IMG/VR virus record: IMGVR_UViG_3300032954_000021
Location: 1 to 51,864 of that record
DNA from: a virus
Taxonomy: Duplodnaviria; Caudoviricetes
Reading direction: 5' to 3' (one strand)
Length of the DNA stretch: 51,864 bases
The stretch's first letter is position 1. Each line of letters begins with the position of its first letter. The translations under genes and the position numbers were made by a program. This document shows, piece by piece, positions 19,672 to 27,529 of this stretch. Below the pieces are notes generated by a model. That model had not been told where the DNA came from, ran no database searches, and saw only the letters and a program-made list of their open reading frames with translations.

Positions 19672-21498
19672 CTAGAACCAGCGCTTCACGATCAGGTCGT
19701 TGTTGAAGCTGCCCTCATCCCGAGGCAGGTAGTCAACGGACGAGCGCTTGGCAAGCTGCTCGGTCTGGAAGATGACCTGCGCCGGCTGCCCACTATTCAC
19801 TGTGGCATTACTGTCTGTTACCGCGCAGTACCACATTGCGCCGTAGTCCGCTGGGAAGTTCGGCGTGAATGTGTAGCTGGACGATGTGGCGCCGGCGACC
19901 GCAGTACCGGCCGAATACGGCGGATTTCCCGGCGCGATTCGATACCACTGATACGAGAGGCTACCGCTGCTCGCAGTTGCGGAGACAGAGAACGTTACAG
20001 ACTGACCAGGAGCAGCGTACTGGTTTGCCGGCGGAGTAGTGATAATCGGGCCGAGGCTGAACGAGACGTTCAGCATGTCGTAGCCGTTCGTGGAGACGCT
20101 GTTGTTGAACTGCCAGGTCTGGGCGGCGTTGCTGGTGAACTTGTACGTGGAGTGCATGTCGCCGTTGGTCAGACCGGACGTGTCCGTCTGTCCTGTGTAG
20201 GTCGGCGATAGGAACGAGCCCGCTGCGGGACTCGTCAGCCCGGCGGCTGGCCCCGTGGGTATCCCCACTACGTTGTATACCCGGCCTGCCCCCGTTATCG
20301 GAGTGAAAGAGACGGTCGGCGTCGAGTTGCCCGGCCCGAACGTCGTCGAAGAGTCGTTGTGCTGCGAGGTATCGAACGCTCCGCCATTCACTGTATCGTA
20401 GATCACAATGAACGCGTAGCCATGGCCGGCAGTGTCGTTGACCTGAAACCACAGCAGCTCGGTGTCACCAGCGAGGGCGCTGGTCTTATAAAGTGCTTGC
20501 GCGTCTGCCCCGCTCGACGAGATCGCATTCCATGGCCCGCTGATATTGCCAGAGACTCCAGCGAGCGCGATCGAGCTAAAGGGGTCGTCGCAGCAGACAA
20601 CTAACTGGTTGCCGACTGTCGGGCACTGCACTGGCACGTAGTTCCCATTCGTAGTGCCGTTGCCGTTGATGATCGTCTGCATCATGCCGAAGATGCGCTG
20701 GTCTGTCGCCGACGGCGCGGTGCCGAAGGCACCAGTCTTCAGCGCGATGGTGATGGATTCCCAGGTTGAAGGATACGCACTCTGCGTCGTCGCGACGCCA
20801 GGATTGACTCCACTCGCCTTCGACTGAATCCAGAACTGGCTGAAGAAGCCGTAGTTGAGGTCGGTGTCGACGAACTGGAAGCCAGGATTCTGCTTGGTAA
20901 GCAGAACGAGGCCATTGTTGTGGCCGGAGCCGCCACCACTGCCTGGCCCGTTGTCGGAGTTCCAGCCAATCTGGAAGATCAGGTCGCCGTCTGTCGCTGT
21001 CGTGATCTCGCCAGAGTTGACGACATTCACTGCTGCCGACGACAGCGTAATGCTCTGCGCCACTGCGGTAACATCCAGAGCGCTCGACGTGGCGATATTG
21101 CGGATCTCCCAGAACTTCGCGCTGAAGCCGGCGACCGCAGCAGAGAAGTTTATCGTGAATGCTGTCGCCCCGGCATTCGCTCCGAACACAGTGAACAGCG
21201 ATACTGTGACGCCATTGCCGCTATCCGTAGCGGTCCCGATCGGCGTCACAGACCAAGTGTTCGGCGTACCGGCGTTCGTCTCTGTGATGGAGCTGAGCGT
21301 GGCAGTACTCGGATAGTAGAGTGCGAGCAGCAGGCAATTATTCGCGAGCGTCGCATTCTCTTTCACTAGCTCGAGCAGGAATCCATTCCCGGACTCGTTC
21401 GAGTTGGCCCAGGAGGCGTGCTGGACGAAATAGTCCGTCGTTGCAGCCACGTTAGTGCTCAGCCACAGAAACAGAGACAAGAGGAGTCGAGACCACAT
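19672..21498 (-). CDS. 608-aa protein with N-terminal signal-peptide-like segment and C-terminal Ig-like domain
   Basis: MWSRLLLSLFLWLSTNVAA; PIITTPPANQ..PGQSVTFSVSA..LSYQWYR..DYGAMWYCAVT I-set motif. Confidence 0.75.
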   Translation of the reverse strand: MWSRLLLSLFLWLSTNVAATTDYFVQHASWANSNESGNGFLLELVKENATLANNCLLLALYYPSTATLSSITETNAGTPNTWSVTPIGTATDSGNGVTVSLFTVFGANAGATAFTINFSAAVAGFSAKFWEIRNIATSSALDVTAVAQSITLSSAAVNVVNSGEITTATDGDLIFQIGWNSDNGPGSGGGSGHNNGLVLLTKQNPGFQFVDTDLNYGFFSQFWIQSKASGVNPGVATTQSAYPSTWESITIALKTGAFGTAPSATDQRIFGMMQTIINGNGTTNGNYVPVQCPTVGNQLVVCCDDPFSSIALAGVSGNISGPWNAISSSGADAQALYKTSALAGDTELLWFQVNDTAGHGYAFIVIYDTVNGGAFDTSQHNDSSTTFGPGNSTPTVSFTPITGAGRVYNVVGIPTGPAAGLTSPAAGSFLSPTYTGQTDTSGLTNGDMHSTYKFTSNAAQTWQFNNSVSTNGYDMLNVSFSLGPIITTPPANQYAAPGQSVTFSVSATASSGSLSYQWYRIAPGNPPYSAGTAVAGATSSSYTFTPNFPADYGAMWYCAVTDSNATVNSGQPAQVIFQTEQLAKRSSVDYLPRDEGSFNNDLIVKRWF

Positions 21499-21504
21499 GC
21501 TGCC

Positions 21505-22392
21505 TCAGAAGTTCTCCAGCCTCGTAAACACCTGCCGGACGGTCCACGCCGCCGAGGTCCCGCCGTTCACTGACAGGCCGAGGTAGGTGTTCGCCGTGGT
21601 CGAATCGAAGCCGGATGTGGTGCCTGGCACATTCTTCACTGCGTTCGAGAAGCCGGTCGTGGTCAGGTTCGTGTCCATCGACGCCGTGCCCTGCATGACA
21701 GCAGAAGTGCCCGAGCCGACCGCCGTGAAGTAGGCGTCGAACGTCACATAGGCCTTGTCAGCAGCGACGGTGCCAACTGCGAACGTATATGTAGCGAGGC
21801 TCGCATCTGCCGTCGTCGCGTTCGTGCCGTAGCGGAATGTGAAGATCGGCGTGGCCGTACCGGCGGCAGTCTTCTCGACGTAGAACGACAGCAGGTAGCG
21901 AGTACCGACCTTCGGGCGGCTCGTCGGCAGCAGGATCGCTGAGCCGGTTAGATAAGTGTCGGACGAGAAACCGGCGCCCTGCGCCGCGGTCGAGTAGTTG
22001 AAGAGGACTGCCGGCTGTGTCGTCGCCTGGTAGATGCCGCCGTACTTGTCGAAGTGATAGGGGACGCCACCATTCAGAACCATCGACTCGCCAGCTAGGA
22101 GCGTGTACGAGGCAAGGATCTCTGTCAGCGAGCCATCGTAGTGCTGGACGGTGCAGAGGTTCGAGTTCGAGGCGTTCGCATTGAAGACTGTTACGAGGCG
22201 AGCGCTGCGCTGCTGACCGGAGCTCGGCGAGCCGCAGATGGTCGTCGTGGCGGCGGTCGTGATCTGGGTCGTGTTCGTCCGGTTCGGAGAGACCGTGCCG
22301 GCGTTGTTGTCCGCCCAGGAGACGTGCGCATCTATATTACCGGCAGAACCGGTAACGAGTTGCAGTACGTCTGTGGAGTTGAGGATCAGCAC
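21505..22392 (-). CDS. Putative virion structural protein
   Basis: 295 aa, Thr/Ala/Ser-rich beta protein in the fibre cluster. Confidence 0.6.
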   Translation of the reverse strand: MLILNSTDVLQLVTGSAGNIDAHVSWADNNAGTVSPNRTNTTQITTAATTTICGSPSSGQQRSARLVTVFNANASNSNLCTVQHYDGSLTEILASYTLLAGESMVLNGGVPYHFDKYGGIYQATTQPAVLFNYSTAAQGAGFSSDTYLTGSAILLPTSRPKVGTRYLLSFYVEKTAAGTATPIFTFRYGTNATTADASLATYTFAVGTVAADKAYVTFDAYFTAVGSGTSAVMQGTASMDTNLTTTGFSNAVKNVPGTTSGFDSTTANTYLGLSVNGGTSAAWTVRQVFTRLENF

Positions 22393-22395
22393 AGG

Positions 22396-23097
22396 TCAGC
22401 TCTGATAAGCGACGAGAGCGCCGATCGCGAAAGTGGGCGAGACGCCGTTCGAGACGGCGAGTGGCGTGGTCTGCTTGATCAGGTAGCCAGCCCCCACGCT
22501 GCTCGTATTGACCGGGTTGGCATTGCTGGCAGTCGTCGAGAGGGACACGACAATGCCGCTCGCCGTGCCGACGTAGTAGACAGTGCCCTCTGTGATGCCG
22601 GTCGGCAGGGTGCCGGCGGCGTCCGAGTACACTGACACTCGGTCATTGACCGCGAGGCTGGAGCCAGGCACAGTCAGACTGCCGGGCGACGCACTCGTGC
22701 AGGTGAAGTCGTAGGGGCCAGCCGGCGTCACTCCCACAGGACCAGAGGCGAGCAGCGTGCCGGCGCCGCTGGACGAGAGGCCGATACCGAAGTGAGTGAT
22801 CGTATCGCCGGTCGCTCCGCACTGCGGGAATGTCACGACTGCAGCGTTCGAGACGTTGACGAGCGGCGCTGAGCCTGCGACCGTGAAGCCGGCGCTGCTC
22901 CGCACCACCGCCACTCGGGCATAGTTGGTGTAAGCGGTCTCGTTCGTGGTCTGGCTGCCACTCATGCCGGGGTCGGCGTTGTGCAGCGAGAGATAGAGAT
23001 TCGTCGCTCCGGTCGAGGTAGCGATGCTCGCCCAGCTCACCGCTTGGTAGATAAGCTCGAGCAGGGATGTGACTGTCGCGCCGGTGTAGTTCGACAT
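22396..23097 (-). CDS. Putative tail/head fibre protein
   Basis: LYLSLHNADPG...NETAYTNYARVAV...ITHFGIG motif of phage fibre-associated proteins. Confidence 0.7.
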   Translation of the reverse strand: MSNYTGATVTSLLELIYQAVSWASIATSTGATNLYLSLHNADPGMSGSQTTNETAYTNYARVAVVRSSAGFTVAGSAPLVNVSNAAVVTFPQCGATGDTITHFGIGLSSSGAGTLLASGPVGVTPAGPYDFTCTSASPGSLTVPGSSLAVNDRVSVYSDAAGTLPTGITEGTVYYVGTASGIVVSLSTTASNANPVNTSSVGAGYLIKQTTPLAVSNGVSPTFAIGALVAYQS

Positions 23098-23100
23098 GCG

Positions 23101-23388
23101 TTACTCCAAAACCTTCTCACACCCTACGACGGTCATAGGGATGTTCTGAAACTCCTGTTGCGGGAGGCCGAAAGGAGTCAGGAAATAGGGGTCGGACAGA
23201 TAGGCGCCGGTCGCCTCATACGCTTCGCACGCCGCCTTCGTCGCGAAGCCGTGGCCGTAGTTGTTCGGGTCGCCGAGGGCGATCTTGAAGCTAGTAGTGC
23301 GAATCCAGACGCCGGCGCCGTCGTTCGCAGGGAAGAGCGGCGTGCTCTGCAGATTCAGCACGATCGTGATGACGAGGCCCCAGGTCAT
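23101..23388 (-). CDS. Hypothetical protein with hydrophobic N-terminus
   Basis: MTWGLVITIVLNLQ; GGAG RBS; ATGA overlap with the upstream gene. Confidence 0.55.
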   Translation of the reverse strand: MTWGLVITIVLNLQSTPLFPANDGAGVWIRTTSFKIALGDPNNYGHGFATKAACEAYEATGAYLSDPYFLTPFGLPQQEFQNIPMTVVGCEKVLE

Positions 23389-23705
23389 TCGCTTATCTCC
23401 CTTCGGAACTTCGAGGGCAGCTCCTCGTAGCTGACAGGGCGGAGGTCCTTCGCCTCGATCCGCACCTCTTCTGGAATGCGGAGCCGATCCTCCATCTTCC
23501 AGTGCGTGCTGGTATTCGGATAGTAGCTGCCGTCGGAGGTGATCGGCCTGACGCCGAACGCCCCGTCCGACTTCAGATGGTCGATGACGCCCATCCTGCC
23601 GTCCGGCAGCCACACCCACGCCTTGTGCTTCGCCTTCGGATCGGCCTCAGCGCAGACATGCGTCCGCATCCAGGGGAACTTGCCGCCAAGCTCTAAGCTA
23701 TACAT
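23385..23705 (-). CDS. Hypothetical protein
   Basis: 106 aa, overlap-coupled on both sides. Confidence 0.55.
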   Translation of the reverse strand: MYSLELGGKFPWMRTHVCAEADPKAKHKAWVWLPDGRMGVIDHLKSDGAFGVRPITSDGSYYPNTSTHWKMEDRLRIPEEVRIEAKDLRPVSYEELPSKFRREISE

Positions 23706-24000
23706 TAAGGATCACCGAGAGCTTCTGGCCGGGCTGCACGCCGAAGAATTCGGTCTGGTTCGCAGCGAGCCGCTTTGCGTTCGTGACTGCTGTCGGATTC
23801 GATCCGAAGAGGATCGAGCACACGACGTCACAATGGACGCGGACGAAGTTGGTCGTGCTGCCGAAAGCGGCAGATTGCGTCGGCGAAGCGGAGATTGAGA
23901 GGGCCTGTTCGACAGGAGCGGGCTCCTGCGCCGCCTGCGCGATCGCAACGCCGCCGACCGCGCAGACGGTCGTGTACTCGCTAACATACAGCGTAGACAC
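23698..24000 (-). CDS. Small virion-module protein
   Basis: MSTLYVSEY...QSAAFGSTTNFVRVHCD...RLAANQTEFFGV. Confidence 0.65.
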   Translation of the reverse strand: MSTLYVSEYTTVCAVGGVAIAQAAQEPAPVEQALSISASPTQSAAFGSTTNFVRVHCDVVCSILFGSNPTAVTNAKRLAANQTEFFGVQPGQKLSVILNV

Positions 24001-24003
24001 ACG

Positions 24004-24573
24004 CTAGCTTCCGACGCCCTGGAGGACAGCCATCGTCGCCACGCCGCCTGCGTATACACTAATGTTCAGTCGGACCGCGGTGATCGGCGTGCTGTAGCTC
24101 GTGTTGCCCTTCGTCGTCGAAGCGGCGAGGGTCGCGTTGTTGAACACTCGGAACGACTTAATCTTCGAGTTGTTGCCGCCAGTGGCGCTCAGCGAGTTCG
24201 GACTGGTGAGCGTGTAGCTGGTGGCGGAGATGATCGAGGCGACGGGGTACTCGCCGTCGATGCCGGCCTGCGTCGAGATCAGAATAACGTCGTCGCCGAT
24301 GCTGAGGCCGGAGCCGATGCCGGGCTGGCTCTGTGGGCCGGGCGGCCCAGTGTCACCAGTCACGGTGATAACCGTTGTGGTCTGGGAGATACCTACGCCC
24401 CCACGCACCTGCGTATCGTCTATGAGGTCGTAGGTGTGCTGCACTGTGTAGGTGAGAGAGGCGCCGCCCGAGAGCGTGACGGCGATGCCGACGCCGAAGC
24501 CCCACTGAAGCTGGCTGATCGGGACCCAGGGAGTATTGCCGACCGCCCCTAGTGATACGTAGGCGGGGCGCAT
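24004..24573 (-). CDS. Putative virion structural protein
   Basis: LTYTVQHTYD...PITAVRLN...VLQG; GGAG RBS. Confidence 0.65.
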   Translation of the reverse strand: MRPAYVSLGAVGNTPWVPISQLQWGFGVGIAVTLSGGASLTYTVQHTYDLIDDTQVRGGVGISQTTTVITVTGDTGPPGPQSQPGIGSGLSIGDDVILISTQAGIDGEYPVASIISATSYTLTSPNSLSATGGNNSKIKSFRVFNNATLAASTTKGNTSYSTPITAVRLNISVYAGGVATMAVLQGVGS

Positions 24574-24818
24574 CAGTATCTCCCTATCTTGATCGAGGCG
24601 CCGGCTGTGTGGCCCTTGAACTGCTTATGCTGCGACACTGGGTGCGCAGCGGTCGGCTCATTCTGATGGGGGACCTGGAAGTTCGGATTCATGTAGGGCG
24701 GGCGCTGGCCCTTCGGCTCGTAGCTGCCCGGCTTGGGCAGTCGCCCTTCGCCTGAGATCTGCGCCCCGTGCACTACGCTATGGCGCGGGCGCTGGCCGGA
24801 CTTCAGTCGCTTCAGCAT
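24573..24818 (-). CDS. Basic hypothetical protein
   Basis: 81 aa, AGGAG RBS, TGATG coupling. Confidence 0.55.
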   Translation of the reverse strand: MLKRLKSGQRPRHSVVHGAQISGEGRLPKPGSYEPKGQRPPYMNPNFQVPHQNEPTAAHPVSQHKQFKGHTAGASIKIGRY

Positions 24819-25347
24819 TGATGGTTACTCCTGTGACTTCGGCCCGCTTCCGATGCAGCAGGTCGACGAGGTTCGCTCCCAGTTCTTCGAGATGCACATG
24901 CGTCTCTTGCACGGAGACGCGCGGCGCTTGCAGGCCGAGATTCTGCCCTGTCATCTGCGCAACGCGCAGGGCGAGGTTCGCCTCTACGTCCTTCGGTTCC
25001 GCATCCAGCTTATGTCTGAGGATCTCGAGCGAGCGGGCATGCAGCCCCTCGAGCTGCTCTTTGATTGTGAGGCGCAGCTCAGGGTCGATGATCTCATCCC
25101 GGCGCTCGGCGAGTGCCGCCTGGAAGACGTCAGAGCGGATGATGGTCGAGATCCAGGAGGCGGTCTTATTGAAGACTCGCCCGAGCTCGTTCTGCGATAC
25201 GCCGGGGTTGGCGAGGATGTAGTCGATCATCGCCTTGTGCGAGTAGCGGACTTCGAGGAGCTTCGGACGAGGAGGCTGGGGGATAGGGTCGGCGGCAGGC
25301 GAGGCACGCTTCTCGCCGGAGACGAGACTCTGTAAGAGGGAGTTCAT
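24778..25347 (-). CDS. Putative terminase small subunit (HTH)
   Basis: HKAMIDYILANPGVSQNELGRVFNKTASWISTII HTH followed by a helical region; near the start of the late operon. Confidence 0.6.
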   Translation of the reverse strand: MNSLLQSLVSGEKRASPAADPIPQPPRPKLLEVRYSHKAMIDYILANPGVSQNELGRVFNKTASWISTIIRSDVFQAALAERRDEIIDPELRLTIKEQLEGLHARSLEILRHKLDAEPKDVEANLALRVAQMTGQNLGLQAPRVSVQETHVHLEELGANLVDLLHRKRAEVTGVTINAEATEVRPAPAP

Positions 25348-25350
25348 GAG

Positions 25351-25821
25351 CTAGCCCGCCATCCCTGGCGGGATGCCGCTCGAGCCGACGAAGCCGTGCC
25401 AGCCACACCGCCATGCCGGCGGCCGTTCTTCATCCTGCTCGAAAATCGAGGGGGAGAGAACGAGATCTTCGAGCCCCGTGCCGCGAGCCGCCCAGCGTAC
25501 TGGTTGCCCCTGCTTATTTGTTCCAATCCTTGAGGGGACTGGCGATCCTTCGAACCATACGCAGACGGTGTGAGTGCCCTCCCGCCCGCCGTTCTTTTCA
25601 AAGGACTGCGGACAGAGGAATTTGATTCCGTGAGCTTCAGCAAGAGTAGCAACGTTACGAAAGTGGTCCCAGACTGAAAGCGGACTCCACCCCCAAGGCT
25701 CACCATGCTCGTCTCTGAAAACATACTTCCCGTCAGCTCCCTGCTCGGTGGAAGAGACTGTGTACCATTGCAGAAAGCATGCGTCTAGCTCGCGCAGCGG
25801 AAACGGGCGCCGGCGAGCTAC
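25351..25821 (-). CDS. DUF6527-like Cys/His protein with no ATG/GTG/TTG start
   Basis: Hand translation: ...PLRELDACFLQW...AEAHGIKFLCP...GTHTVCVWF...RWAARGTGLEDLVLSPSI...CGWHGFVG...*. It fills the gap exactly and is absent from the ORF track. Confidence 0.7.
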   Translation of the reverse strand, partial: VARRRPFPLRELDACFLQWYTVSSTEQGADGKYVFRDEHGEPWGWSPLSVWDHFRNVATLAEAHGIKFLCPQSFEKNGGREGTHTVCVWFEGSPVPSRIGTNKQGQPVRWAARGTGLEDLVLSPSIFEQDEERPPAWRCGWHGFVGSSGIPPGMAG

Positions 25822-26027
25822 TGAGGAGGGGCAGGCTGCGCCGCGGGAGCTGGCGCTGCTGCGGGAGCGGGAGCGGGCTCCGGAGCCGGCGCCGGCTTCC
25901 TCCCCTCGAACCAGGCGAAGAGCTTCTTACACTCTGCCTCGCCCCAGTGCGCAATATGCGCAGGAGCCATATCAGCGAGAGCTCCCTCCAGCTCCTCGAC
26001 TCGCTGTTCCAGTGTCTTCTCAGCCAT
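25818..26027 (-). CDS. 69-aa first late gene with Pro/Ala tail
   Basis: Strong AGGAGG RBS, downstream of the leftward promoter. Confidence 0.7.
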   Translation of the reverse strand: MAEKTLEQRVEELEGALADMAPAHIAHWGEAECKKLFAWFEGRKPAPAPEPAPAPAAAPAPAAQPAPPQ

Positions 26028-26107
26028 TCGTGTGTCCTCCTGAGTCCAGCCACGCCGGCGAGATTCTGAGAGAGGCTGCCGGCGTGGCTTACACTAGCCT
26101 CCCCGTG

Positions 26108-26137
26108 AGTATGGCGCGTTCCGATGGGGGCTGTCAA
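26108..26137 (-). promoter_or_regulatory. Leftward sigma70-type promoter for the late arm
   Basis: TTGACA-N18-CATACT on the minus strand. Confidence 0.6.
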
Positions 26138-26177
26138 CCCAGTCAACACATAGCTGCCCGTTTATAATGTGGACGCA

Positions 26178-26192
26178 TTATGCCGAACATAA
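26178..26192. promoter_or_regulatory. Palindromic motif TTATG-N5-CATAA (also at 11080, 34048, 44907)
   Basis: ttatgccgaacataa; four intergenic copies with shared flanks. Confidence 0.7.
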
Positions 26193-26291
26193 CGCGGCCG
26201 TGTTATTTCAGGTCGCGAGTTTGGCCAGATGCGTTCGGGCGCGCGCGATGGTCAGTGAAATTTGCCCCCTCCCCTGGCCGCGGGCCGACCC

Positions 26292-26433
26292 TGCCGGCTG
26301 GCACGGATCTTGCGAGCGGCGTGCTGCGTCGGTGTTGTAGTTGAGTATAACACTGCAGCGCCGCGCATGTTGCAGCGCCGCACGGGCAGCCGGCAATGCT
26401 GCAGCGCACAACAGGCATGCAAGCGGCGTGCCT
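26292..26433 (+). ncRNA. Candidate structured non-coding element
   Basis: Nested stems tgccggctg/cagccggca and gtgttgta/tataacac, then aggcatgc/gcgtgcct; several mismatches are G-U on the + strand. Confidence 0.35.
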
Positions 26434-26444
26434 GCCGCCGACGG

Positions 26445-26470
26445 CGAACATTACAAATTCTTAATGTTCG
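26445..26470. promoter_or_regulatory. 9-8-9 inverted repeat, operator-like
   Basis: cgaacatta-caaattct-taatgttcg, ending 5 nt before the -35 box. Confidence 0.55.
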
Positions 26471-26475
26471 GACGG

Positions 26476-26504
26476 TTGACGGCAGCCTCGCGGCGTGGTA
26501 CGTT
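26476..26504 (+). promoter_or_regulatory. Rightward early sigma70-type promoter
   Basis: TTGACG-N17-TACGTT with extended TG. Confidence 0.6.
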
Positions 26505-26548
26505 GCCCGGCAAGTCGGGCATGTCGCCCGGCGCAATGGAGACTCGCA

Positions 26549-27091
26549 ATGACAACTGAACGCAAGCCCGTGGTCACGGTCACTCGTGACGACTCGGGCA
26601 TCTCGATTCTGGTGAACGGGGCCGGACGGCCTCCGATCGCGGTGCGTTGGTCCGCTCTCTCGGATGCGGTTCGCAAGGCCGCATTCGGATATGGCATGGA
26701 GGTGCGGCTCACGCGCGCCGCTGCCATGACGCGCGACACGAAGTCGGGCAAGGCGGCGTCGCCTCTCGACAAGTACGAGGCGATCAAGCGGCTCGCGGAC
26801 CACTATTCCAGCGGGGCCGATAGCTGGACCATGGCCAGCTCGGGCGGCGGTGGCGGGCTGTCGGCTGACACGCGCGCTCTCATCGAGGCGCTGGTCGCGG
26901 CGCTCGGCCTCGACGCAGATGTGGCCGAGGAGCAGGTGCGCGGCATGACGACCGCTGAGCGCGATGCGCTGCGCGTAGATGCGGAGATCAAGCCCTACTT
27001 GGACCTGATCTACGAAGAGCGCGCGAAGGCGGCGGGCGCGGCGACTGGCGACCTGAAGGCGAAGCTGAAGGGGCTGAGCGCGAAGGTCTAA
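26549..27091 (+). CDS. Early protein, paralog of 33271..33927
   Basis: GGAG RBS; shares the W..GGG..L..AL and LR.D..IKP blocks with the 218-aa ORF. Confidence 0.8.
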   Translation: MTTERKPVVTVTRDDSGISILVNGAGRPPIAVRWSALSDAVRKAAFGYGMEVRLTRAAAMTRDTKSGKAASPLDKYEAIKRLADHYSSGADSWTMASSGGGGGLSADTRALIEALVAALGLDADVAEEQVRGMTTAERDALRVDAEIKPYLDLIYEERAKAAGAATGDLKAKLKGLSAKV

Positions 27092-27104
27092 GCCAGCGGA
27101 GCGA

Positions 27105-27128
27105 GGGGCGGGGACTGACACCCGCCCC
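27105..27128 (+). terminator. GC-rich hairpin after the first early gene
   Basis: ggggcggg-gactgaca-cccgcccc; no U-tract. Confidence 0.35.
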
Positions 27129-27452
27129 AACCTCTGACCACCACCACCAACCTCAACGACTGGCCACCAGCTAGCGGGGGGCCGGTTGGTCGTGGACGCA
27201 TTATGCGCTCAGTCGCCGTACCGTCAGACGCAAGCTCGTCGGCGGGCTTCTCAGAGGCGTGGGGTCAGGGGGATTATTATAATATTTTTTTATATAGAAG
27301 AACAAGAACGCGGACCTGAGCACGGGCACTCGGCCTCCCTGACGCACGGCATACTGAGCACTCGGCGACTGAGGCATAACGCGGACATGGGCGGGCGGCA
27401 CCCCCCTAGTCGGTGGCTAGTCGTTGGTGTTGGTGGTGGTGGACGGTGTTGG
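27127..27452. repeat. ~325-nt imperfect inverted repeat with AT-rich centre (candidate origin or structured RNA)
   Basis: ccaccaccaccaacctcaacgactggccacc vs ggtggctagtcgttggtgttggtggtggtgg; inner ctcagtcgccg/cggcgactgag; centre attattataatatttttttatatagaagaacaagaa. Confidence 0.85.
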
Positions 27453-27482
27453 TCGTGGTGGGCAGCCAGCATCGAACTGGGC

Positions 27483-27511
27483 TTGTTAGCTGCCGCCTAG
27501 CGTGCGATAAT
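27483..27511 (+). promoter_or_regulatory. sigma70-type promoter
   Basis: TTGTTA-N17-GATAAT with extended TG. Confidence 0.55.
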
Positions 27512-27529
27512 GCGCGCAATGCCGCCCAC

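Noticed and set aside
25344-25724. 126-aa track ORF, or an ncRNA, in the gap upstream of terS
   Set aside because: A different minus-strand frame (25351-25821) gives a far more protein-like Cys/His-motif sequence.
26169-27206. Xer dif site (GCGCATAA / TTATG arms)
   Set aside because: The arms are in the opposite order (TTATG...CATAA) and there is no TTATGTTAAAT-like XerD arm at 6-nt spacing.
27127-27452. Protelomerase (telRL) hairpin-end site
   Set aside because: The palindrome is imperfect with an asymmetric centre, and no protelomerase or tyrosine recombinase gene was found.
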